This document shows, one piece after another, positions 30,202 to 38,703 of a DNA stretch of 64,000 nt. The first letter of the stretch is position 1. Every line of letters begins with the position of its first letter. Below the pieces are notes generated by a model. The model was not told the origin of the DNA, searched no databases, and saw only the letters and a program-made list of their open reading frames with translations. Both the position numbers and the translations under genes were made by a program. Source of the stretch: Limisphaerales bacterium (GTDB lineage: Bacteria; Verrucomicrobiota; Verrucomicrobiia; Limisphaerales; SIBE01); the NCBI GenBank assembly GCA_044225505.1, contig JBGAIN010000026.1:1-64000 (forward strand), given 5' to 3'.

Positions 30202-30813
30202 CTACTTCCCACCGCTTTCCGATAGGACCCGTGCCGCGACGCCCAGCAGTTTGGCACCCAACTTCAGACCAGCTCGTTCTGCCGACCGCGCATTGACCTC
30301 AAACCGAACCCTCTCCTTGGTCAGCACAAAATTGATGAGGCCGCCCGCTTCGAGGAACTGCTCGGTTTCGCCCACGGTCAGAATTGGCCGTCCTTGCAGT
30401 GTGGCAAGCAGCCCCTCTTGCGTCTCTCTTGCCGAACGACTCAAAAAGAGCACATGGCAGTCGTTGATCTTCGCCCCCACCGGGAAACGTCGCAAAACTA
30501 TCGGACGCCCACCGACGGTCTGACCGGAGAAAGCTTCCTGCAGCATGGAACCGAATGGGTCATCCCCCACTAATCCCACCACGAACGGTGCTGTCGCATT
30601 GGTGAATGCCGTAGCCGGCCATTCGACGAACTTCGTAAAGTTCAACAGATAAGCAGCCTTCACTGGATACTCGCCCGCTGTCGGGTGATTATCCGCGGCA
30701 TGACACTCAGCGAGCAGCCAGACGCTGGCAGCCAGGATGGTCGTGAGCCACCAACGGGCACAAACTCGATAGCCTCGAGTGTAGCAGATCAGTATTTGTC
30801 CTAGAAACGCCAC
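30202..30813 (-). CDS. yfiR: YfiR family periplasmic protein
   Basis: EYPVKAAYLLNFTKFVEWP, CHVLF, PILTVGE, GGLINF and RFEVN motifs. Confidence 0.9.
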   Translation of the reverse strand: MAFLGQILICYTRGYRVCARWWLTTILAASVWLLAECHAADNHPTAGEYPVKAAYLLNFTKFVEWPATAFTNATAPFVVGLVGDDPFGSMLQEAFSGQTVGGRPIVLRRFPVGAKINDCHVLFLSRSARETQEGLLATLQGRPILTVGETEQFLEAGGLINFVLTKERVRFEVNARSAERAGLKLGAKLLGVAARVLSESGGK

Positions 30814-32906
30814 GTCAGTTTGAAATAGACACTTGGACTGACTTCGGTTACTTGGGTCGAAATAAAAGTCGGGTTAAACTCCCGGTGCGAACCCGCTAAG
30901 TTCTGTCCCACCAACGCCAACTCCAGATCTCTCGTGGGATGCCAGGCCAAACGAACATCGACCGTCACATAACTGGGAATGAGCTCATCCCCCGTCGTGA
31001 TGCCCGGAAGCGAGGCGGTGGCTGAGCGAATCCCCGCGGCATACCGAAGCCAGACATCAAATTCCACGTGCCTCCCCAAATCGAGTCCCGACCGAAGCGC
31101 CGCTTGATATTCCGGGCTGGAAAACTCCGGCTTTGAATCGGCACCGGTCAGTCCATTGTCGGGTTGCCGAAGATCCGCTTCGAGGACGCTAAACTGACCA
31201 GACAAGCGCCAAACCTCAGCGACCTGCCACGTCGCGGCGATTTCCCCACCGTATGTCTGCCCGCTCGCCTGATTCCTGAAGGTGCTCACCGCCTGCAAAT
31301 AATTGGGAACGTTGCTCATGTCCAAGGCGCTTTCCGTGCTGCGCAGGTCGGAGTAATCGTTGACAAAGATAGACGTATCAATCGTCAATCGCGGATGCGC
31401 CTGAACCCGATATCCTAGCTCGTAAGCAATCAGCGATTCTGACTTGAAATCGGCGTTTCCGGCCACAGATACCAACGTTGGAAAAGGATTCATGGGCGGA
31501 CTGGCAGGCGCGATTCCCAAGTTAACGGTGGCGTCGCTTTCAAATTGGGACGGTGTGCGTACCGCTCTAGCCACCGCTGCCCAGACCGTTTGTTTTGCAG
31601 TCGGGGTCCAGGATAAACGTGTGCCCGGCTCGAACTCGAATCCGGTGTAGTCGTTATGCTCAATCTTGCTGCCAAGCGTCAAACTCAGCTTCTCCGGCAA
31701 AAGTTTAATCTCGTCTTGAACGAAGAAATTGACGATTTGGTCGGAACGGCTGTCCCGGCTCATGTTGACGGCAATTCCGTCCTTCATCTGCGCTTGACTC
31801 AGGCGGTAACCTCCGCCCCAAACGATCTCGTTTCTTGCGCCAATCGGCAGCCGATGACGTAAGTCTAGGTCAAATGTATCCCGGGTCTCTTGGATCAATG
31901 CCATCTTCAGACGCTCGCGGTCATAGTAAGCCTGCACGCTTAACTCTGAATCCTCGGAAAACTGATGGGTCCAACGGCTGAGCAGATTCCCGCCGTTTTG
32001 ATCCCAATGCGACATCGCGCCAGCACCGTAGCCCCCCGGTGGCGGTGGGACACCGAAAACTGGGAGTGTGATCTGCGGTGACGTTTGGTCCATGGTCAGT
32101 CCAGAGAGATCGCCCTGCAACGTGAAGCGGTCGGACCAGGACGGATCCCAGTCCAGGCGGAATCCGCCTTGTCCTTTCCACCACGCGTCGTTGGCATCGC
32201 CCCCATTTACCAAGTGAAAGTTGTCCCAGTCATCGTACTTGCCATAAATACGGAAGAAAACGTTGGTGCCCAATTGAGCACCATAACGCACGCCGGCCAA
32301 TCCCAGATGGTCCGAGCCGGCTCCTCCCGTGAGCAAGAATCCCTGCGTCTCCCGGGCTGGCTTGCTTACAATATTAATCACGCCGTTCACCGCGTTAGCT
32401 CCCCAAACGGAACTACCCGGTCCACGGATGACCTCAATCCGATCCAAATCTTCCAGCATCGTGTCTTGAGCCTGCCAGAGCGTTCCCGAGAACAACGGCG
32501 TATAGATGCTTCGCCCGTCCATCAAAACCAGTAACTTCTGCGAGAACGTGTCGTTAAACCCGCGCACGCTGACCGCGGACTGCGCGCTATCTACCCGAGC
32601 GACCTGGACCCCCGGCACAAGCCGGAGTGCTTCCGGCAATGTCAACGCGCCCGAACGCCGAATCTCATCCCCCGTGACCACGCTAATCGCAGCGGGCGCT
32701 TCGTTGAGGTTCTGAGACTTCTTGGAAACAGACGTGATTTTAATCGCGCCGAGTTCCTCCAGGCTCAAGCTAGTTAACCCGTTCAATTCCAAAGCCTCCC
32801 GGGTCGCGGCCGCAGTGCTCGGGACGAGTGCGACGCAGGATCCAAGCGCCAGCGCATGAGCAAGCCCACTCCAGAGATTTCGTTTGGTTGCACGCGAATG
32901 TTTCAT
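30801..32906 (-). CDS. TonB-dependent receptor
   Basis: LSLEEL...ITSVSKK, APAAISVVT, EALRLVPG and IEVIRGPGSSVWGANAVNGVINI plug; C-terminal YFKLTWRF. Confidence 0.93.
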   Translation of the reverse strand: MKHSRATKRNLWSGLAHALALGSCVALVPSTAAATREALELNGLTSLSLEELGAIKITSVSKKSQNLNEAPAAISVVTGDEIRRSGALTLPEALRLVPGVQVARVDSAQSAVSVRGFNDTFSQKLLVLMDGRSIYTPLFSGTLWQAQDTMLEDLDRIEVIRGPGSSVWGANAVNGVINIVSKPARETQGFLLTGGAGSDHLGLAGVRYGAQLGTNVFFRIYGKYDDWDNFHLVNGGDANDAWWKGQGGFRLDWDPSWSDRFTLQGDLSGLTMDQTSPQITLPVFGVPPPPGGYGAGAMSHWDQNGGNLLSRWTHQFSEDSELSVQAYYDRERLKMALIQETRDTFDLDLRHRLPIGARNEIVWGGGYRLSQAQMKDGIAVNMSRDSRSDQIVNFFVQDEIKLLPEKLSLTLGSKIEHNDYTGFEFEPGTRLSWTPTAKQTVWAAVARAVRTPSQFESDATVNLGIAPASPPMNPFPTLVSVAGNADFKSESLIAYELGYRVQAHPRLTIDTSIFVNDYSDLRSTESALDMSNVPNYLQAVSTFRNQASGQTYGGEIAATWQVAEVWRLSGQFSVLEADLRQPDNGLTGADSKPEFSSPEYQAALRSGLDLGRHVEFDVWLRYAAGIRSATASLPGITTGDELIPSYVTVDVRLAWHPTRDLELALVGQNLAGSHREFNPTFISTQVTEVSPSVYFKLTWRF

Positions 32907-33840
32907 AATTAAGCGTGAAAGACTAATAAGACTGAGTGTAAGCACGGAGCTCGAAGAATTGACTTTTGCTGCACGTCGATACCGACCGTTCGCCAGGTGA
33001 ACGTTCGCCCAAGATCTTCTCCAGTTTGCTAACGCGGAGAGTATCTGGACCTCGGCCTGTGATCTGCCTCACGGCAGGCGGAACGCCGATCGTCCCGGCG
33101 CATTGTTGGCCAGCGCCGCCGGTACATGTGATCGAGCGCCTGGCGGTAAGACCAAATGCCGTCGCCGTCCCATGAATATTAAAACGCATTCAACAACCCC
33201 GACAACCCGTGCCTTATGATACTATCAAGGCGGCATAAGCTAGACTTGTGCCCGACACAGCGAGGGGTCAAAATTATTTGAAAGCACCTCCAAATGTGTC
33301 ACTGGACTTGGCAGCCTTAAGAAAAAATCATGCTAATGCTCAACGCGTTAAGTTCCACTCGCCATGGTCACGCGACGGCTCCGGACGTCGCCCCTGGGGG
33401 AGGAGCGACTACAGCCGCTGTCTCGCTCTGGTGCGTCGGATCGCTGTGAAAGGACATGAAATCAATGCACCTCTCCTTGGAAAGGGGCATAAAGAAGGGT
33501 TCCGACAGTATCGTCCTCGCAGGGCTCGGTCCTACCGCCAAATGGCGCCTCGAAATCACAAAGAACCATTCTAGCCTAAAGACCATTTTTACTCCTGATT
33601 ACTAGGAACTTACGACAGACGAAATCGAACCATCCGCACTCTCCAGAAGTCCGATCGGGCCCCTTGATGGTGCCTTCGCGAACAATTTCCCAAAACGAAA
33701 ACGCCCCCCAGAAGGTCGCGCCAGGGCCAAATAGCCGTCCCGAAATCCCAAGCGGCCTTGGTGAAATCCCTAGTGCCCGGCAATGCACAGCTCATTACAG
33801 AGACTTTGCGTCTTGATTGCGCTCCCCCTCGAGGAATTCT

Positions 33841-33927
33841 GGCCTATCGGAAATCAGGCCGAAGGAGTAACGTCCAAGCGGGTGTTTCAGAGTCACCGCG
33901 GCTCGGACGACCGCGAACCAGGCGTCC
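33841..33927 (+). ncRNA. Candidate structured cis-regulatory RNA (unassigned)
   Basis: Hairpins GGCCT/AGGCC and CGCGG/CCGCG, with purine-rich linkers GGCCGAAGGAGTAAC, GTCACC and CCAGG, in the leader of the 34009 gene. Confidence 0.3.
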
Positions 33928-34008
33928 ACCGAGAGTTAGATTGACCGTCAATTTCATCTTGGTTTACCCTGGCCCACCCTCCATCTTCCAGACGTGTTCG
34001 TGCTCGCG

Positions 34009-34398
34009 ATGAGTATACTCGGGAATTTTAAATCATTCGTGCAGAAGGCGCCACCCCCGCCAGCGGCCGATCGCAATTTTGAAAACCAGCTGCAGATCGA
34101 GTTGCATCATAGACTTGCCGCGGATGGCTGGCCCAGCGCTGATGTTTTCGCAATCGAGACCAGTGACGGACGCGGAGTCATGGTGCAAATTATCTATCCG
34201 GCCGGATATCGTTGCACGAACGGGATGCAGGAAGGGCGAAAAACGATTCTTCAAGCGACTCAAGATTACTTTGCGAAACGCTTGGGTTGTACGCTTTCGA
34301 CCGGTTTCGTAGCGACGGAAACCTTCATCCGGTTTTGGATCGAGAAAAGCCCAGCGGCCCTGGCCCACCTTTCTACTGGTAAGCCTGGAATAGAATAG
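34009..34398 (+). CDS. Hypothetical protein
   Basis: About 129-aa ORF with globular composition, filling an otherwise empty gap; no motif recognised. Confidence 0.6.
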   Translation: MSILGNFKSFVQKAPPPPAADRNFENQLQIELHHRLAADGWPSADVFAIETSDGRGVMVQIIYPAGYRCTNGMQEGRKTILQATQDYFAKRLGCTLSTGFVATETFIRFWIEKSPAALAHLSTGKPGIE

Positions 34399-34577
34399 CA
34401 TTGCCGCCGTAGTTTGCCTTCTTCGCCACACCTTTGTTGGCGTTTATCCAGGCCTTAATACCGCGCCATGCAGCCTCCATCTTCAAAGCGCTCTAAAAAG
34501 TTTCTTTTCCGCGCTCTGAATCTCCACATCGGTTGCTCAAAGTCGACGAGCACTTGCCTTAAACCGATATTCTGCGC

Positions 34578-35057
34578 TTACGGACGGGCCAATCGAAAGA
34601 AGGTACTGCCGTTAGCAACGGTGAGGTCGACTCGGTTGAAGCCCTCTGAGACTGTGGCTGTCTCTCGGACATTTACCCAAGCCGGGGGATTCAACGCTGC
34701 GCTTTGCTGCAAGGCGAATCCCTCTGGGGATACGGGCCACGTAATGGTCACCGTCCGGGGGTCTCGCATGGAAAGCATCAGGCGCGGTGCCCCGGGCGTC
34801 TGGAGCACGGTGATAAAGCTCCAGTAGCCGCTGGTCAGCGCGAAACGGCCGCCTTGCAGTGTTGTTCCAGACTCAACGCGCGCGAGACTGCCGGATACGG
34901 TGAACTGTCCGGCACCGCTTGCGCCAGCGCTCGCCCCAATCTCATACCAGTCCATACCGAATCTCGGCGCCTCTGCTCGAGACGCACCAATCCGGACCTC
35001 AATCCAAAGCAGGGCCGCCATCATTACGCCAGCAAGGGCAAAGGGGCAATTTCTCAC
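34578..35057 (-). CDS. Small secreted protein (DW..I...G.S.GG.F.VSG domain plus C-terminal ...FFRL domain)
   Basis: Signal peptide; FGMDWYEIG...LQGGRFALTSGYWS; ITWP...LQQS..L...W...FFRL tail; GTGA overlap with the Kelch gene. Confidence 0.8.
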   Translation of the reverse strand: MRNCPFALAGVMMAALLWIEVRIGASRAEAPRFGMDWYEIGASAGASGAGQFTVSGSLARVESGTTLQGGRFALTSGYWSFITVLQTPGAPRLMLSMRDPRTVTITWPVSPEGFALQQSAALNPPAWVNVRETATVSEGFNRVDLTVANGSTFFRLARP

Positions 35058-36886
35058 GGCTTTTGATAGAGATAGAGGAGTTTCGGAAACGTAAAGGCGA
35101 ATGTGTCATTAAAGTTAATTGTCGCGCTTCCGCCACCCCAGATTAACATTTCGCTGCCAGTCCAGGTTGCGGTGTGTCCGGCGCGCGCAACCGGCGCCCC
35201 CTGGGTCGCAATCGCCGTCCAAGCGTTGGCAACGGGTTTATAGCGGCTTCCATCGTTGAAGAATGATGGAGAGACGTTAGCCGCGATCACTTCGCCTCCC
35301 CAAATGACCATTTCCTGTCCAGTCCAAAACGCCGTGTGGTTGAAACGTGCGTCGGGCCCTCCCGAGACAGGAGTAGAAGTCCAACTGTTAATTCCCGGAT
35401 TATAGCGTCCGCCGCTGGCCAGGACGCTTGTGCCGTCGTAACCACCCCAAACGATCATTTCACTCCCAGTCCAAATCGCGGTGTGGCTTTGGCGCGCGGT
35501 GGGAGCGCCCGTTGTCGCAAGCGCTGACCACGCGTTTGATGAAACATTATAACGCCCTCCATTGTTATAATAACCAGTACCATTCCAACCGCCCCAGATG
35601 AGCATGTCGCTGCCTGTCCACACAGCGGTGTGAAGATCGCGCGCGGACGGAGCTCCACTCGTTGCGAGGGTCGTCCAGAGATCCGACGCGGGATTGTAAC
35701 GAGCCCCGGAATTCAGAGCGCCGCCATTCCAACCGCCCCAAAGAATCATTTCCGTCCCTGTCCATACGGCAGAGTGGCTCAATCGTCCGGGTGGCAAGTT
35801 GACGGTCGAGATGCTCAGCCACGTATCGGTCGTAGGATTGTAGCGGGCACCCGAGCCCAATCCCAACGTGCCGTTGCTCGACCCACCCCAGATGATCATC
35901 TCAGTCCCGGTCCAAACCGCGGAGTGGTAGTACCGGGCAGAGGGAACATTATAGCCCGAGAGAGGCGTCCACGTCTCGGTGTTGGGGTTATAGCGAGCCC
36001 CATCCCCCAAGGCACTTCCGTTGTAGCCACCCCATACAATAAGTTCTTTGCCGGTCCAAATGGCCGTGTGCGAATTTCGGGGGAGCGGCGGTGCCGAAGC
36101 CATCTGAGTCCACGCATCTCTAGCGGGACTATATCGTCCTCCATCCCCAAGAAGACTCGTGCCATTGCTGCCTCCCCAAACCAACAGTTCGCTTCCCGTC
36201 CAAGCGCCGACATCGCTGTAGCGAGCGCCGGGAACATTATTAACTGCGGTGTCCCGCCACGTATCGCTGCCTAGCGCATAAACGCCGCCCGAGTTGAACG
36301 CCGTCCCGCCGCTATTTCCGCCCCAGATCACCATGGAATCGCCAGTCCAGACAGCCACGTGGTTTTCCCGCGCTACCGGAGCATTCGTCGCGCTCAGGAC
36401 GATCCAAGTGTCGCTCACGGGTTGGTACCGCGCACCGGTGTTCAACCGCGCGCTCCCAGTCGTGCCGCCCCAGATCAACATGTCGTTGCCGGTCCAAAGT
36501 GCAGTATGATTCACGCGAGCAGCCGGAGCGCTCGTTGTGCTCAAGGCTACCCAGCGGTCGTTCACAGGATCGTAGCGACCTCCCGTGTTCGCTGCGACGC
36601 TGTGCATTAGCCGCCCCAAACGATCATCTCGATCCCGTCCAGACGCAGCAGAATGGTTCTGCCTTGCTGCTGGAGAATTTGCCGTTCCCAGAGAGGTCCA
36701 GATATCCGACGCCGGGTTGTAGCGCGCCCCGTCACTCAACCTGTTGGACCCGTTGTATCCGCCCCAAATTATCATTTCCGCTCCCGCCCAAACCGCGGTG
36801 TGGTTTTGCCTGCCGCCAGGCGCGTTGCTCGCAGCCAGCGGCAGTTCAGGAATCGGTTGACGGGTTGCCATAGCGCGCGCCACCAC
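35054..36886 (-). CDS. Kelch-repeat beta-propeller protein, C-terminal part
   Basis: Twelve repeats of R..HTAVWTG.EM..WGG...GARYNP..D.W, one of them locally frameshifted. Confidence 0.88.
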   Translation of the reverse strand: MVARAMATRQPIPELPLAASNAPGGRQNHTAVWAGAEMIIWGGYNGSNRLSDGARYNPASDIWTSLGTANSPAARQNHSAASGRDRDDRLGRLMHSVAANTGGRYDPVNDRWVALSTTSAPAARVNHTALWTGNDMLIWGGTTGSARLNTGARYQPVSDTWIVLSATNAPVARENHVAVWTGDSMVIWGGNSGGTAFNSGGVYALGSDTWRDTAVNNVPGARYSDVGAWTGSELLVWGGSNGTSLLGDGGRYSPARDAWTQMASAPPLPRNSHTAIWTGKELIVWGGYNGSALGDGARYNPNTETWTPLSGYNVPSARYYHSAVWTGTEMIIWGGSSNGTLGLGSGARYNPTTDTWLSISTVNLPPGRLSHSAVWTGTEMILWGGWNGGALNSGARYNPASDLWTTLATSGAPSARDLHTAVWTGSDMLIWGGWNGTGYYNNGGRYNVSSNAWSALATTGAPTARQSHTAIWTGSEMIVWGGYDGTSVLASGGRYNPGINSWTSTPVSGGPDARFNHTAFWTGQEMVIWGGEVIAANVSPSFFNDGSRYKPVANAWTAIATQGAPVARAGHTATWTGSEMLIWGGGSATINFNDTFAFTFPKLLYLYQKP

Positions 36887-36922
36887 TCAGCCAACCACTG
36901 GCGTTCAAGCCGCCCCAAACAA

Positions 36923-37759
36923 TCATTTCCGTTCCAGTTCCAGACTGCTGTATGGAGTGAGCGCCCTACAGGACTGCCGTAGGATGATCTGCGCCCAGGA
37001 ATTCAAGGTCGGGTTGTAGCGTCGTCCGTCATTGAAAAAGACCGATCCATTATCTCCACCCCAAACCAGCCATTCAGTTCCTGTCCAAACCGCATTCCCT
37101 CGATAGCGAGCCGCAAGTGGGCCGTTAAAGCCGCGCGCTTGCCAAAGTTGTCCAAGCTCCGCCTGACCAATCTTGGCATAACCAGCATTCTGTAACCCCG
37201 AGGAGTTTCCATCTGAGGAAAAAATGATTCCTCCAGATCCGACGCCGCTTTGACCTGAGGCACGCAGGTTTTCGACCGCGACTCCAGCGCCCAACTGAGC
37301 ACTGGTGATGCTGCCGGCGGCAATTGCACTCCCGTTGATAACACCCGACAGGCTAGCGGCCGTCCCCGCACTGGCTGCCGTAATGGCGTACGGGGAAGCT
37401 GTGATTTGTTGTCTTGGACTGAGCGTGGTAAATCCTCCCACCTGGCCGTGGGGACGAACCTCGATCTCCAACCAACGGTGCGATCCTGGAAAAACGCCAA
37501 CTCCAAAATCCAGCGTCACCGAAAAAAGGCCGTCGTTCACGCTGGTTGGTGCGCTCGTCACGCGAGGCCCCACTTGATTGCCTCCTTGCAGGGAATCGAA
37601 AAGGGTAAAGGCCACATCATACTCGCCGTTCGCGGGCGCGCCTTGGTCCGTCAATCTCCCTTGGTAGGAAAAGGCGGTGCCTTGTGCAAACAACGAGGAA
37701 TGAAAGCAGAGGGACCCGAATAGTAAGGCGACGCGACAACAATTAAGAAAAGATTGCAT
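36923..37759 (-). CDS. Kelch-repeat protein, N-terminal part (signal peptide, AFSYQGRL domain, first repeat)
   Basis: QGTAFSYQGRL...GLFSVTLDFG...WLEIEVR...LSPRQ domain. Same frame as the 35054-36886 ORF but interrupted by indels. Confidence 0.85.
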   Translation of the reverse strand: MQSFLNCCRVALLFGSLCFHSSLFAQGTAFSYQGRLTDQGAPANGEYDVAFTLFDSLQGGNQVGPRVTSAPTSVNDGLFSVTLDFGVGVFPGSHRWLEIEVRPHGQVGGFTTLSPRQQITASPYAITAASAGTAASLSGVINGSAIAAGSITSAQLGAGVAVENLRASGQSGVGSGGIIFSSDGNSSGLQNAGYAKIGQAELGQLWQARGFNGPLAARYRGNAVWTGTEWLVWGGDNGSVFFNDGRRYNPTLNSWAQIILRQSCRALTPYSSLELERK

Positions 37760-38052
37760 GACAGAACGTTCGGCGAGCTATTGGTTTCAAAACGCCTCTG
37801 CCGCCAACGGCGCAAGGCCTGGAAACGGCGCCGGCTGCATCACCGGCGGGACAAACGCGTCTGCAGCGAGCGTGGTCACGTGTCGAGTGGCTAGAAGGTG
37901 ACTCGAGAACATATGACGGAAATTTTTTCATCCTGCCGTCAGGGATGCAACAGAATAACGCCTCGATCTTGAATGCCTCCCATCCCGTGTCTCCTGTTAG
38001 CTCCTGCAGCCCGCCGGATCGTTCGATATTCAACGCCGGACCGCCCTCCCGC

Positions 38053-38703
38053 TCAAAGCTTATCTCTGTTTTCCAACGCAAACTTGAGTAGCGCGTTGTT
38101 GCCGTGAACTTCGAGCTTTTCGGCGATGTTCAACCGATGATTCTCTACCGTTTTCGGACTGATAAACAATTCTCCAGCGATCTCTTTGCTCGTCTTGCCT
38201 CGGGCGATCAGACTGAGGATTCGGCGTTCGGACGGAGTCAACTGCCCAAGACCAGGGGTTTGAGATGCAAACCCTCGAAATCGCTCGGTGCGTCGCACCA
38301 ATAAATGCGAGATCGCCGGGCTAATAAAATACTCTCCCGCGGCCACGCTCCGCAGGCAGGCGATGATGTCGCTAACCGTATTCTCTTTGAGAACGTAGCC
38401 TTTGGCTCCCAGATCCATCGCTTCGTTGAACAAATCCTCTTCTTTAAACATCGTTAGCACCACGACCGCGACGGGCAGCCGCTGCCGTTGAATCGCCCGA
38501 GCCACCCCTAACCCGTTCAACTGCGGGATAACGATGTCGAGAACGGCGATGTCTGGCTTGTGCTGCTGGATCAGTTTTACCGCTGAGTTCCCGTCAGCTG
38601 CCTCGGCCACGATCTTTCCGCCGCGCGCTGTCTCAATCACCTTGCGCAAGCCTTCGCGGAAGATGGGATGATCATCCGCGATGAGAATAGTCGGAGTTAT
38701 CAT
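38053..38703 (-). CDS. NarL/LuxR-family response regulator
   Basis: ILIADDHPIFREG, VLDI, GYVLKE and LTPSERRIL...KEIAGELFISPKTVENHR motifs. Confidence 0.95.
   Translation of the reverse strand: MITPTILIADDHPIFREGLRKVIETARGGKIVAEAADGNSAVKLIQQHKPDIAVLDIVIPQLNGLGVARAIQRQRLPVAVVVLTMFKEEDLFNEAMDLGAKGYVLKENTVSDIIACLRSVAAGEYFISPAISHLLVRRTERFRGFASQTPGLGQLTPSERRILSLIARGKTSKEIAGELFISPKTVENHRLNIAEKLEVHGNNALLKFALENRDKL

Noticed and set aside
33780..33830. c-di-GMP-I (GEMM) riboswitch on the minus strand (GACGCAAAG)
   Set aside because: The upstream GGCAAA...GAAA P1 element and the P2 tail are absent.
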